Origin: Camelus dromedarius | Taxonomy: Eukaryota | Direction of reading: 5' to 3' | Assembly (NCBI RefSeq): GCF_036321535.1 | Contig: NC_087437.1 | Coordinates: 40,054,001-40,118,000, forward strand | Length of the DNA: 64,000 bases | Shown: one piece after another, positions 51,470-64,000 of the stretch | Layout of the letters: every line of letters starts with the position of its first letter | Position numbering within the stretch: position 1 is the first letter of the stretch | Translations under genes and position numbers: made by a program | Notes under the pieces: generated by a model | Seen by the model: only the letters and a program-made list of their open reading frames with translations | What the model was told of the DNA's origin: nothing | Databases searched by the model: none

Positions 51470-51760
51470 ACGCCCAGCAGCAGCGGACCGTGCTCACCGC
51501 CTGCAGCGCAGCGGCCCCTGAACGCCAATCCCGCGGGTCCCCACTCCCAAGTGCCTGGACCCCGTCAGTTCCACCTGTCCCAAGTCTCAGCCGTGGGACC
51601 CAAGCAGGTGACTTTATGTTCAGCGGCCCCCGGGGTTCCCGACACCCTGTGACGTCCCGTCTAAGCTGTCGCTGGCCCAAGAGGAAAGAGGCCTCCAACA
51701 AGTTGGCTGAGCTGCCCTCGCTACCCGCCCCCGCACTGCCCGCCTTTCGGTCTTCTCCTG
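51470..51760. promoter_or_regulatory. Small CpG-rich patch upstream of MECOM
   Basis: Locally elevated CpG, with TGACGTC (CRE-like) ~51650 and CCCGCCCC (GC box) ~51724. Confidence 0.5.
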
Positions 51761-52999
51761 AAATTCGTTTCTTTGAGGGGCAGTAGCATGGGTCCCAACG
51801 TTTTCTTGCGTTTCCTCCCACAGAGGCGGGCATCCTGGAAGCAGTGCCTCCTTGGAAAGTCGATGAGTTTATGGGCTGTTTGGATTTGCTCGTTTTATTA
51901 CAGTCTCTCTCTTTTTTTTTTTTTTTTTTCTCGGGTTTTTCCTTTTCTTTTTTTTTTTTAAGCAAAAGCAGAGAGCTCGAGATGGGAGTTGGAAGAAAGA
52001 TGGGTCACTGACAAGGAGGACAGGACAAGCATACCCCTTCTCCAACTATTTTTTAATTAATGCCAGAAACGGCAAGGAACCGATTTTCAATACATAGCAT
52101 ACACAGGAAATTTTCCTTTCCTCGCATTATAATTGAACCAGCCTCACAGTATCTTTGGAAGAAAGTTTGAATTCTTTAAGGAGGTATTGCTTGGCCTATT
52201 GTCTTTGTGCAGTGAACTTTTACATCTTGCTATTCAATCGCAACCTATATTCTCCTGGCTACCAGCAAGATTAATTTAATCATTGTAATGCAATTATTAA
52301 TACTGTTTACCCAACGCTGGGTTTCAGGTTGGCTGTTAAGAAATTAAACTCTCGCTGGGTGACCAGAGCTAGGCAGGGGTTTCTTCATGTTGAAATGAAA
52401 CAGTCCTCTTTATTTAGTCTCAGAGCTCTAGCTTTCGGCCACCGGCTCAATTAGCCAAAATGGAAACAATTTTCATTCATTGCAATAACTCACTGTTCTA
52501 GAGATCGCTTTCAAAATATACACTTTATTATTATACGCTGACCTCGGTGGCGTGGAGTGGCAATAAAAGAAAGAGGCAGGGAGATCTATCTAGCCCCCTT
52601 GGGCTATAATTATTAGAAATTAATTGGGTTCAGGACCCTGGGTAGTCTAGCTAAATTAATAGCTTGTCTAGTGGTTTAAATCCGAATTTTTAGTCCACGG
52701 GAGGGAAAGAGAGAGAGTCACAGACATGAAATGCAGACCCAAGGGACGCCTGAGTTTACTTGCAAGACACTCATCTATTAAACACTGTCCAGAATACATC
52801 TGAGTTGGGGAAAGGGGACCGGAGTAGGAGGGGGAGGGAACCAGAAAAAAGAAAGGAGCGAGATGGGGAGGGCAGCTGCAAGTGGGCTAAAAGGTCTCAA
52901 GTTGATTTTATTCGATTTTTCTTGTGTGCATTGTTTTCGGGAGGGGTTGCATTTAGGGGTTAAAATAAAAAATAAAGATTCCGTGTACTCGGAGCTGTC

Positions 53000-54360
53000 G
53001 TGCCGGAGTAAAAGTGAAAAGGGAGCCTTAGGCAAAAGGAAATTACGGAGAGCCCGCGTGACCTTTCAGGGAGGTAATCAATCAAGTGATCAACAGGGAT
53101 ATTTATCATCGCTATATAGGACTACTTCGCCCTGCAAGGGCGGGGGTGGGGAGGAGAGAGGAGGGTGGCGACGCGCGCGCGCACGCACAGACATACACAC
53201 ACACAAAAGTTTGAACGAATCCGACAAGCCTGTAGACAGAGCATGTAGGCTTTAAAAAATGTGAAGACTGTCCGGTTAATCTGATATTCTAAGAAAAACA
53301 CACACTCATACATCCACGCAGAGGGAAACGCGCACATCCCCGTGGCAGTGGCTGCGGGAAGGTGTTAACTTGAAACAGTCCGCTGCGCTTTGCGCTGAAA
53401 GGGAAGCTCTCGGTGACATGCGCGCTTCAAGCGCCGGGGAGGAGAGAGAGCGCGGGATTGCGCCGGGCGGGCGAGGCGCGGGGCTAGCTCTGCTTCCACG
53501 ACCTGCCGGGGAAGGAGCCCCGCCGGCCGTAGGGGGCGCGGGGTGGCGGGGTGCCCCTTTCCGCGGCGCGCGGACGCCGGGTCAAGCATCAAGGCAGCCT
53601 CCTCTTCCTGCGAAATCGTCTCGCTGCCCCAGCGGCGTGGCGGGCAAGAGACGCTCTCGGGGCCAGCCGGCTCGGGCGAGCACGCGCTGCGGGGCTTCGG
53701 CGGCCACGCATTTTCTGCCCAGTTACGTTCTCTAACTTGTAAAACTCGCCGATTTATAAATTATGTTTTCGGTCCCGGATTTCTTAGCAAATCGTTAGAT
53801 TTTACAATCCTACTCCTACCCTCTGGTTCAGCACCCTCTCACCAACTTCAGAAGTGTATATAAGGGAAGAGGGGGACGAGAGAGGTGGCTGACTTTCAAT
53901 AATAATGATAATGATATTAAATAGTCGACTTAATATCTAGGCCCTCGAGGCCCTCGCCCAGCTTAGGGGTTATAACCAACAGTTCTTTCAAGAGAAGGTT
54001 TCGCTGATTACTGGCCCTCGAGGCTGGAAACTATTTCCCGATGGGTTTATGAAACACAGGTTGGGGTGATGCGCGCCGCCTCCCAGGTAGCGAGCCGCCG
54101 CTCCCGTGGTGTGGGAATGTGGGACCGCTCCAGGGCCGCGCTGGTTGGCACCAGATGCGGAGCTCGCGCTCCCCCGCTGGTCGCTCCCGCCGCCCTCTCC
54201 GGGCTGGGAACGGCCTTGTCCCGCCCATCCTTAGTCTGCGGCGCCCCCGCCTGGCTTCCCCGGCTGCGGCAGCTCCCGGTGCGCCCGCTGCGTAGGACTC
54301 CAGCTGTGCACAGTAGCCGCCAGGGCGTAGGGGTGGGAAACAGCTGGAGCGCCCCGGGGA
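53000..54360. promoter_or_regulatory. Upstream CpG island (~4.5-6 kb 5' of MECOM exon 1)
   Basis: Two CpG-dense blocks (~53330-53710 and ~54070-54360) around an AT-richer core; no recognisable coding exon. Confidence 0.8.
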
Positions 54361-54579
54361 AGCATGAGTTGGGGTGGAAAGAAACCCAACAAGGAGGATT
54401 ATGAGGCAATCAACTCCTGGAGTTGCTACTGGTTTAGAATCAGGAAAAGCAGCTTCACGGGGCACAAATCTCTGCCCGTGGGAACAGGAGCTCCCTAGAG
54501 AAACCAGAGTGCTGGTGTGCGATGCTCGGAGAAGTTTGTACCTTCTTAGGTCCCTTCTACTGAACAAAGAATAATCCAG

Positions 54580-54866
54580 AAAAGTGATTCTCAAAGGTAA
54601 ATGTGCATGTGAGCCCTCTGTGAATCTTGTTGAAAAGCGGATTCTGATTCAGTACGTCTGGAGTGAGACCCAGTCAGTCTGCATTCCTAACACATTCACA
54701 GGTGAAGCGGATGGTCCTCCAAGTGTGCCCTGAGAACCAGCAACATCAAGCATTACCTGGACTTTATTAGAAATTCAGACCCTCAGGTCCCAACCTAGAT
54801 TTACTAAATCAAAATCAGTATTTTAAGAGGTGATTTGCTTGAACACTGAAGCTGGAGACGCTCTGC
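54580..54866. mobile_element. MER5-like MITE fragments (two, opposite orientation)
   Basis: gattctgattcagtacgtctggagtgagaccc...ctgcattcctaac followed by cattacctgg...tcaggtcccaacctagatttactaaatcaaaatc. Confidence 0.65.
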
Positions 54867-55879
54867 TCTAGAATGTGCCTGGCCAGGTTTTCTTTCTCCT
54901 GTCTTGGATCATGGCACTTCCATGATTGAATCTATTTCAAATCCTGCTTTCTGCCTTAGTCACGGGGGAGGATGTAGTGGTTGAACCTATCCCGTTAAAA
55001 GCTACAGCTCCTCTGGCCCCCATCTGCACCAGTGAGGCCTTCCTGTATCCGGATCTGATTGACACACCCCTCCACTTCTCTTCACCCCCTATATTTTGCT
55101 GTCAAGTCTATGACATGTAATTCTCCCTTTTTAGATTAGAGTTCTTCGTTTACAGGTCTTCCTCTTCCTCTCAGCTGTAGGCCTCTTGAAGGAGACCATG
55201 CCTATCTTCTCTAAGCTTTGTTTTCTCACTGCAGCATAGAGTCATTTCTTCCCCCTTGGGATTAGTGCATAAAAAATGGTTTTTGGACTGTAAAGCGGAA
55301 GCAACTGTTACCCCTTTTTCTCACCTCTCAACCCCCCTCCCATAGGCTAGCACAATGCATTACATCACTAGGCACTTAGTACATTGCGGTCTCTCTCTGG
55401 AAGCTTCTTGAACTCACGCACCTGATATCCTGAACCAAGAACAGAGCCAAATTTAAAGCTCTTTATATAAACCTTTGAGTCCTAGTCTTCTCTTCTATAA
55501 ATTCTCTAGAGAAAGAGTTCTTAATCTGGGGTAGAAAGAATTCAGGGGATTGTGTGATATCTGCATATTCTCATTTTGTGACTCAGAGAGTTGGTCCTGA
55601 AGCCTGGAAATTGTCAGAATTCTAAGCAGTCAATAGCTGATGGTTGAGACCTTCAGGAGTTAAAAGCTATTTTATAGCTTTTTTTTAATAATTTTATAGC
55701 TTTATTTTATAATTTTATAAAATAAAATTGTAAGCCCTTTTCAGGGTCTGCAAAAAAGACAAACACCACCAAAGATCCTAGAACTCTTTTGGAAGTCATA
55801 GCTGCCAGTGTTTGGAAAAGATAGCATATTCAGATTTCACAGCCATTAGTAAATTAGATAAACTCTGGGAGAGCAAGAT

Positions 55880-56110
55880 AGAGTTCAAACACCTTGAGAG
55901 TCAAACCTTTGGAAATTCAAATCCCAGTTCTACCTTTTATCAGCTCTGTAACCTTAAGCAAATTACTGAATGTCTCTGGGTTCCCATTTTCTCCTCTGTC
56001 TGATTGGAATAATTATGTATATCTTGCAAAATTACTGCAAAGCTTAAAGATAATGTATACAAAGTGCTTAATATTTAGTGTCTACTACATACTAGAAATT
56101 TAACAAATGG
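55880..56110 (+). mobile_element. MIR SINE
   Basis: ttcaaatcccagttctacc...gtaaccttaagcaaattactgaatgtctctgggttcccattttctc. Confidence 0.75.
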
Positions 56111-58869
56111 AGCTATTTCGAGCTCCAAGCTCTAACATTCTGTAATTTGGCATAATGATAAGGCTTGTATCATGTGTGTGTGCATGTGTTAGTCAGGGGT
56201 CTTGGACACTGCCCTTCCCACCCACCTGTAATGAGATTTTTTTGTTTCCTTTGGTCAGCAGACTGTCCTCTCAAATAGCTGAAGTTCAAGTCCTTTGTTG
56301 TCTATAAAACTGGCTGGTGCAACTAGATCTTAACATTGCAGTTTGAATTCCCCCCAATGTGTGTGTGGTTGGATGTTTAGTTATACATTTCTAAGGGATT
56401 CTTGTGTACTTATGTGTGGTCTCAATATGAATCAGGGTTATACCCAGCTCATGCCATACAAACAGAATCCTGACCATCTCCCAGACAGCCTAAGGCAACA
56501 GGACCTGGACCACATCACGAGGGCTCACTGACAGAAACACTGCTCCTCTCCTGGCCATCTGATTGTCTTCCTGGACAATACATACAAACCCCTTATTTGA
56601 AGATGTCTAATCTGTCTTATGTTACTGTATTCTCTCCCTGCGAGATGGAAGCCATACAGACAATTCAAATAGAGTGGTTTTTAATGGGATCAGAAAGTGC
56701 TTCTTCTTTTAAAAAATATTTCTGTTTACTTGATCTTTTGTTAACTGTTTTAAAATTTTTATTTTAAATCTAGTGGTTACCCTTACTTTCAATGCATGAA
56801 ACTATTGATTGAGTCTAGATCCCTGCCAGGAAATAAAAGATCCGTGAAATTTACACACGCAGTACTTTAAAGTTCTTTACTCAAACACATGATTATGGTT
56901 GACATGAAAAAATATAGACATCATCAAAGCACATTAATTTACTTAATGTACTTTTAAACTTATAGACAGAGCAGATTTTCCACATCTTTTTAAAGCACAA
57001 ACTATAGGACCCATGCTGAGACAGTTTATAAAGGAGACTGCCTTGTAACAAGATCCTTGGTACTCAGTAACTTAATTCCCTTGACTTGGGTCCAAGGCAG
57101 TCCTGGCTACCCTCAAACTCAGCTATAGAGTGAACTCCCATAGCCATGACAGTGTGATACAGGTGTGCCCTGCTTTATGAAAAGCCACATCACACTGTGA
57201 TTATTTGCTCCATGCTATTTTATTAAATAATGAGTTCCCATGGGACATTTAAAATATGATTTGACTTACAAAAAATTTGATTTATACTCACTTTTCCCAG
57301 AAACATACCTATGGAGGTAGAGCTCTATTTTTTTAAATGATGATGCATGTCCCTTAGCAAATGTTTTATAAGTAGTCCATTTTCAAAGGTTAAGAAAGGA
57401 AGCATATCACAGTTCTAAAGCTGGGGAAAAAAAAACAATTTCTATATAGAAAATCAGCTGTACACAGAAGAAACTGTAGGAACTGATCTGTTGAACTATC
57501 TACTTTGAGGGCCCATGTAGATGTACTAGAAGTCTGACATATGATACAATTTGGAATTCAAATTTTTCAAAAAAATGCAATGTTCTTGTACTGGGTTTTA
57601 ATAGAAAAACTTCTAAATCAACTCTATAAACACTCTTGAAAAATAGTTATCAAAACTGGGGAAGAATTTTCTGTTGCAGAGAGAAACTGAAGAATAATCC
57701 TAAAATTGGTCTGGGCTTATCCCCATTTAGAAGTAATAGTCTATGGGTAAAAATATTACCATCCATCTCATACGTAGGGTTTCACCTAGCTAGTTGGCAT
57801 TGAACTGGAATTCTGAAATTGGATACATTGAACACACCAGGACATTTGGCACTGTTAAGGACTCTGGGAGACAGCTCTACTTCTGACTGCCATGAAAGCA
57901 ACAATGCAGAGAAGCCAAGATGGTGAATACTATTTTGATGCCATCTGTTTCTGATGTGTTAATGCTATGTTGTATATTTTCACAACTTTAATGTCCAAAA
58001 TTCCTACAGACTCAACAATAATTTTGGTTTCTTCATTAGACTAAATGGGCAATCTGGTGCCTTTTGTGCCCACTGGGGGCACATAATGTAGTCATAAAGT
58101 GTGGGCTCTTTAGATCCAGGAACCTCCTTTCCTAATCCATCCTACATACTCTGCTTCACTAATCTTCCTAAAGCACAGTTCTGAAAATATCATTCTCCTA
58201 CTCAGAATCTTCAAGATCCCTTTGTTATTTTCAAGATAAAGCCCAAATTTTTTGCTTTTCATTCAAAGATATTATAGATAGGGGAAACAACAAGAGAGAT
58301 GGGAAAGCATGGGGTATGCACCTGAAGTATTAAGAATCTTATTCTGCCTGAGTTATGGGATTCAAGAAAAGATTTTATAGGTTTGGAAAGATAGGTTGGG
58401 CATATGCCATGCAGGGCTTTTAATGAAAGACAAAGTTAGGGGCTTTGTCTTGAAAATAACTGAAGATCTTGAAGATTCTGATTAAAGGGGTGAGATTATC
58501 AAAACTATGCCTTAGGAAGATTAGGCAGGCAATGGTGTAGGAGGGATTACACTTCCTCTTCACATGTTCAGTTTACCTATCTTTTGAGATCCAAGGCAAA
58601 CATCACCTTCTCCAGTAAACTGTTGCTATGGCTCTGCAAACTGGAAGAAATCTCTTCCCATGACCAACTTCCCATGGCATCTTTTCCCAACATGTTTGTT
58701 TTCTCTGTACCTCTATGATCTCTTTTTGATTGTAAATTCCTTGAGAGTATTTGTATTCATACTTTCTTGTCCTCCAGTGTTAAACACATCTGGCTAAGAA
58801 CTAGCAGCCCTTTCTAAATGTAAGGATTTTTTTTAACAATTTTAGAAATGCTTAGCAATTATTTTTTTT

Positions 58870-59950
58870 AATACTGCCTCTCCTTCAACCTCTAGGTTGT
58901 TCTTTCTTGCTTTCTGACTAGATATTTTTGTACTATCTTCCATATTTCTTTGCCTATCTCTCATAAATTCTCTTTATCTCTCTGCTTATTTCTGAATAAT
59001 TTCCTCAAATCTATATTCAAGTTCTTTAATTCTCTCTTTATCTGTGTCTAATCAGCTATTTAACCTGTCATTAATTTTTTCCATCTCAATTATTTTTAAA
59101 ATTTATATAATTTATATTGGTTCTCTCAAAAAATATGCCCATTGTCTTTTCATACTGCCTTGTTGTCTTCTCATTTTCGATCTCAAGGTTAAGTTTTTAA
59201 ACACTTTAAGTATATTTCTTTTATCTGACAGTTCTATTATCTGAAGTTTCCAGAGACCTAATCCTGCTGTTTGTTGTATCTACTAACCATTGCTTAGATA
59301 AACTGTTTTCCTATATTTTAGAATTTTAGATTCTTAGTTCACCTTCAGCAAGATTCCATCTGTGGGAATCATGTTTAAAATTACTTGATGTCTTACCCTT
59401 CCAGAGTATTTTCATATTTGATTATCGAATATCCCAGGGATATCATCCGTTTTAAATTTATTTACCAGCCTGGGGTTTTCCAAAACATGTAGAAAGTGTA
59501 ATTAGAACCACAGACATAAGTGATAGTGGGCCCGTTGGGAAAAATTGTCAGGGGAGACTTTTTTCTTTTTATCCCAGAGGCCAGATGATACAGAACCTTC
59601 CTTGTTATGTCTTTGTCTGGTGAGCTGATGATTTTCTAAACCAGCCTTTCACTGGTGGTATTACCCTGTGAGATCCAGCTTCATGCAAGGGTATCAGTTC
59701 TAACTCTTCAACTCATATTGGACAGAACTTTGTCCTGATTCCATGAAGGTTTTGAAACTTAAACCCTGAGTTCTTAAAGCTATTAGCTCCCCATTCCCCA
59801 ACTACAGACTGCCAGGATTTTTATTCACTCTTATGTTTAGCCTCAAGGATTTCCCTTTCTTTCTTTCAAGAACATTTATTAGTTATTAAGCCAAATACTT
59901 CGGTGATTTAGGAAGGGAGGGATTGCAGATTATTTAGTCCATAAAAATAC
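58870..59950 (-). mobile_element. Old LINE-1-related fragment (L1M 5' region or HAL1-like)
   Basis: T-rich tract with tcaagttctttaattctctctttatctgtgtctaatcagctatttaacc, typical of antisense old L1 ORF1/HAL1. Boundaries approximate. Confidence 0.55.
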
Positions 59951-60423
59951 TAGGATGTCTAGACTTGAAAATACTTGTGGTGGTTTGCTGTTAGTGAATT
60001 TCAATTTCAATATTTTTTCTTGAATTTTTCTATTCAAAAGAAATTTCTAGGTCCCAAAACAAATGCAGAACCAAACATCACTTATAAGTAGAATCCCCAA
60101 GGCAGCCTTTTCACATGTTTTTGATCAGTCTAAAATCTCTCATACCAATTCTTTTATTTGGCCATCAAAATCATGTTCAGCCTTCGAATGTCATCTCAGA
60201 TTCAGCCTTCTCTCTAAAGCTTTTCATAATGATAGTATTAATAATTACAAAACAGTAACAAACATTTCTTAATTGATTACTTTGTGTTAAGCACTACACT
60301 GAGTCTTTGCATATGTTACCTTATTTTTCTAAATAACCCTAGGACATTTTAACCTCATTGTACAGGTGAAGAAACTGATGTTCCTAAAATTTAAGTGACT
60401 TGTTCAAGGTGACCTAGCTAGTA

Positions 60424-60505
60424 TTAAGCTGAACCATATGAAATTGCTGATACTCAGCTCTTTTTTACCCACCAAAAAAAAGCATTTTCACATGGTTCAA
60501 TCTAA
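60424..60505. mobile_element. MADE2-like mariner MITE inserted in a MIR
   Basis: ttaagctgaaccatatgaaattgc ... gcattttcacatggttcaatctaa: ~80-bp inverted-repeat element preceded by TA, flanked on both sides by antisense MIR sequence. Confidence 0.8.
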
Positions 60506-60899
60506 GAAAGGGTAATGGTAGGATTCAAATTCAGGTCTGATTAATTTCTAATCTGATCTGATTCTCACTGGAAAGCACAGCTTCTCTACTATATTAATTA
60601 CTCATTCCTCTAAGCTACTGCAGCTCGCATACCATCTGTCTTGATTCATTTTCCTCACTTTACCTTCAGTTACAATAACATACGTTCATCTGTCTTCTCC
60701 AGTGGATTGTAAACCCCTTAATGGGCTTACTGGGGCAGATTTCTATCCCCAGTAGTTAGCATAGTACTTGTTATATTACAAATCTTCAACAATTTTTATT
60801 TAAATAAACTAAACTGGGCTATTCAAGCATTGATCCATATTAATGTGAGTTGATGTGCTTCTCAGGTTTTCCTTTTCTCTCATTTCTTTTAGAGGAAAT

Positions 60900-61425
60900 T
60901 TTAAAATATGGTCTCAAATTTTTTGACACTCTCCCCAACAAGGGATGGTGTCTATGTCTCCTTTCCATGAATCTAGGCAGGCCTATGACTGCTTCATCCA
61001 ATAGAGGAGAGCAGAAGTGATGCTATGTGAGTTCCAAGGCTGTGCCATAACAGCCCATGCAGCATCTGCCTACGTGTCTTGGAACATTTACTCTCCGAAT
61101 CCTCCCAACTGTGTGCTCTACCACAGAACCCAGTAACCACACTGTGAGAACAATGTTGGTTTGTGGCCAACAGTCCCAGCTGAGACAAGCCTTTGAGTTA
61201 TCCCAGCCCAGTTGTCAGGAAAGTGAGTGAAGAAGTCCCCGGATGATTCTAATGCCCAGTTGTTTGGGTCATCTCCAGCCATTTGGCTCTTACCAGCTGA
61301 GGTCCCAGATATTGTGAAGCAAAGACAAGCCATCCCTCTCTGTCCTGTCTGAATTCCTAACCCACACACTCTGTGAAAAATAATTCAGTTCTAAGCCCTC
61401 CGGCAGTTGAGCTGTTTGTTATAAG
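60900..61425 (+). mobile_element. MLT1 (G/H-like) solo LTR
   Basis: cagaagtgatgctatgtgagttccaaggct...cagctgaggtcccagatattgtgaagcaaagacaagcc...gaattcctaacccac. Confidence 0.8.
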
Positions 61426-61501
61426 GGAATTCCTTTCCCCCAGTAATAAGTGTCCAGTGGGGTGTGGCTGCTTCCACATCTAGGATCAAAAGTGTACTTC
61501 A

Positions 61502-61648
61502 GGGTGGGAGGGTATAGCTCAAGTGGTAGGGCACATGCTTAGCATATACAAGGTCCTGGGTTCAATCCCCACTACCCCCTCTAAAAAAATGAATCAGTAA
61601 ACCTAATTACTTCCTCCCCCAAAAAAGTAAATTTAAAAAAAAATTTTT
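61502..61648 (+). mobile_element. tRNA-derived SINE, Vic-1-like (camelid)
   Basis: gggagggtatagctcaagtggtag (A box) ... gggttcaatcccc (B box), A-rich tail, perfect 12-bp TSD aagtgtacttca at 61490-61501 and 61649-61660. Confidence 0.88.
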
Positions 61649-62455
61649 AAGTGTACTTCAAGTGTATTTTGGCTTCTGGACATGTTTTGAGCATTTGGCT
61701 CTCACCCTGTGTCTTGAGTCTGTCTTAATGACCTTCTGTCCTAGTCCAGGCCTGAACCACACCTGGTTGGCTGAGAACAGTGACCTCTCAACCCATTATT
61801 GCCAATCCCCTTTCGAGGGGTTGGACCTTGCCTCTGCCATCCCTCATACTGACTGACAGGCCAATCTAACCTATGGCAGCCAAGCTACTCACCAGAAGCT
61901 GAGCCCTGCTCCTGCTTGGAAGCCCTGGTGCCCAGTTTACCCTCTAGTTCAGGACCATTCAAGGACCCATTCCAGTCTAGGCTATCAGCCAAGCTCTGCC
62001 TTCATGGACTCAGTAATTTAGACCCTGGCCCCTCCTTAGAAAGGTAGAGCTCTTTCTTCACCCCCAGCCATTTTACCCAATATGTCCCTTCTCCTTACCA
62101 GGAGTTCTTAGGGAACAGCAATGGCTAGACCCACCCCGTTAACTGCAATTAATATCACTCTGATCATTTACAGGGACACACATACAGAGACAAGGAGACA
62201 GAGTGAACAATGCGAGGCAGTGATCTCTAGGAGGCAATTGGATTTCCAGGCAAGCCCAGAGGCAGAGGCATCCAGAACTCCTGGAGAAGCTGTGCTGGAG
62301 TTTCTGGCATCCAGTCCCAAGCATGTTGAGAAGATAGTAGGGACGCCATATGCTTTGCTAGGTTAGTACTGTGCTATGGGAGGGCATTTCTTCTAGTTGT
62401 TATGTAAAACATCCAAGCCTGCTTCCCTGGTCCTCCCAGAGATCTATAAACTGTC

Positions 62456-63267
62456 TTTTCTTTTCTTTTTTTAATTGAAGTATAATTGACTTATATTAGT
62501 TTCAGGTCTCCAACCTGGTAATTCGATATTTTTATAGAATATACTCTATATACAGTTACTATAAAATACTAACTATATTCCCTGTTCTGTACATTACATC
62601 CTTGTAACTTATTTTTTACCTAGTAGTTTGCACCTCTTAACCCCCTTTCCCTATCTTGCCCCTCCTCCACCCTTTCCCTCTGGTAACCAGTAGTTTGTTC
62701 TCAGTATCTGTGAGCCTCTTTCTGTTTTGTTATATTTGTTCATTTGTATTATATTTGCTCATCTGTTCATAATTATTATTTGTATTATTTTTCTGTTATT
62801 TTTTAGATTCCACATATAAATGAAAACATATGGTATTTGTCTTTCTCTCTGACTTATTTCAGTTAGCATAATACTCTTTAGGTCCATCCATGTAGTTGCA
62901 AATGGCAAAGTTTCATTCTTTATTATGGCTGAGTAATATCTACAACTTCTTTATCCATTCATCTTTTGATGGACACTTACGTTGTGATTAATATTCAGAA
63001 ATCTGTTGCATTTCTATACACAATAATGAGCTATCAGAAAGAGAAATCAAGAAAACAATCCCATTTACAATCAAATCAAAAAGAATAAAATACCTAGGAA
63101 TAAATTTAGCCAAGGAAGTGAAAGCCCTGTACTCTGAAAACTATAAGACATTGATGAAGGAAATTGAATATGATACAAATAAATGGAAAGATACCCCGTG
63201 TTCATGGATTGGAAGAATTAGTATTGTTAAATTGTTCATACTACCCAAACCAATCTATAGATTTAAT
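62456..63267 (-). mobile_element. L1 3' end (minus, 62456-62985) joined to an inverted ORF2 fragment (plus, ~62986-63267)
   Basis: Minus part is typical L1 3' UTR/ORF2 end. Plus part translates (with one frameshift) as [47 protein letters not shown], i.e. L1 ORF2. Confidence 0.88.
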
Positions 63268-64000
63268 TAAATGTTTCTGCATAAACTAGCCAGAGTGAAT
63301 TTTTTTTTATCTGGAATTAAGAACATTGAATTTACTATCTTTCAACTTTTTGTGATCTTTGAATCATTCAGAAAATCCTAAAGCTGTAGATTGTTTATTT
63401 AATTTTTGACAGAAAGTACTATTAATATTGAAGATCTACCAGAAGCCCTACTATTGTATTAGAAAATTAGCAAGAACCATGCAGTAATGTTAAAAACAAT
63501 GACCAACAAATCAGAAATGATGTATGCATATTTACTCTCACGAAGAGCTTTAACATTAATATTAATAATGTAAAATAATAAAAGTATCATTATTGATGAT
63601 GAAAGGCGTTAATTGTCAAAACACAAATTTATGATTGACTTTAAAAGTTTCATCTTTATCTCTTCTGACATTTCCATTTGGGGGGAAACGCGTTATAAGG
63701 GATATATTTTACAGTAATACACATATGTAATTTTTGAATATTTATTTTGGAAATACATGGCAAAATCTTTTTACTGATTAGTATGCATGACAAAAAAAAT
63801 TTGGAAACCACTGCTGTGAATTCAAAGTATTAATTCTCAAAGAGGCCTTAAAAAACATCTAATCTAGCAGTTTGTGAAATGTTTTGATAGTAGAAATCTT
63901 TCAGTAGAGAAAACTCCAATACCTAAAACAGTATTCTTGGTAGGGTCCCCCATCTACTCCTTTCCTGAAGGGTCCAGAAAAGCACTATTTGCAAACCTTT

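Noticed and set aside
53827..53847. TTCAGCACC REST/NRSF left half-site
   Set aside because: The right half (GGACAG) is absent.
54031..54594. 187-aa minus-strand ORF in the upstream CpG island
   Set aside because: Composition-driven (Arg/Gly/Ala/Pro-rich), non-ATG start, begins at the edge of a MER5 fragment, and has no homology I can recognise.
61502..61575. tRNA-like sequence with A and B boxes (also at ~28050-28125)
   Set aside because: Followed by SINE body, A-rich tail and TSD, so it is a SINE head rather than a tRNA gene.

Overview
Mammalian genomic DNA, most likely a camelid: two tRNA-derived SINEs match the Vic-1 family as I recall it. The window holds the 5' end of MECOM (MDS1-EVI1/PRDM3) on the minus strand. 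The first coding exon is 37 nt (ATG at 48300, MRSKGRARKLAT + 1 nt, GT donor at 48262-48263) and lies in a CpG island. Its probable 5' leader contains a (GA)33/(TG)11 compound microsatellite and three upstream AUGs. Positions 1-48263 are part of the very large first intron, and I saw no exon 2. Positions ~48700-64000 are upstream sequence with a second, apparently orphan, CpG island at ~53.0-54.4 kb. The rest is ancient repeats (MIR, L2, CR1/L3, MLT1/ERVL LTRs, hAT and mariner MITEs) and younger insertions with target-site duplications, including two L1s with 5' inversions and several nested elements. I found no second protein-coding gene, RNA gene or convincingly new biological system. The best leads are regulatory: a uORF-microsatellite leader, a 12-bp palindrome fused to an antisense poly(A) signal upstream of the promoter, an EVI1-like motif near the TSS, and candidate intronic enhancers. 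Repeat subfamily names and the TSS position come from memory and need database confirmation.
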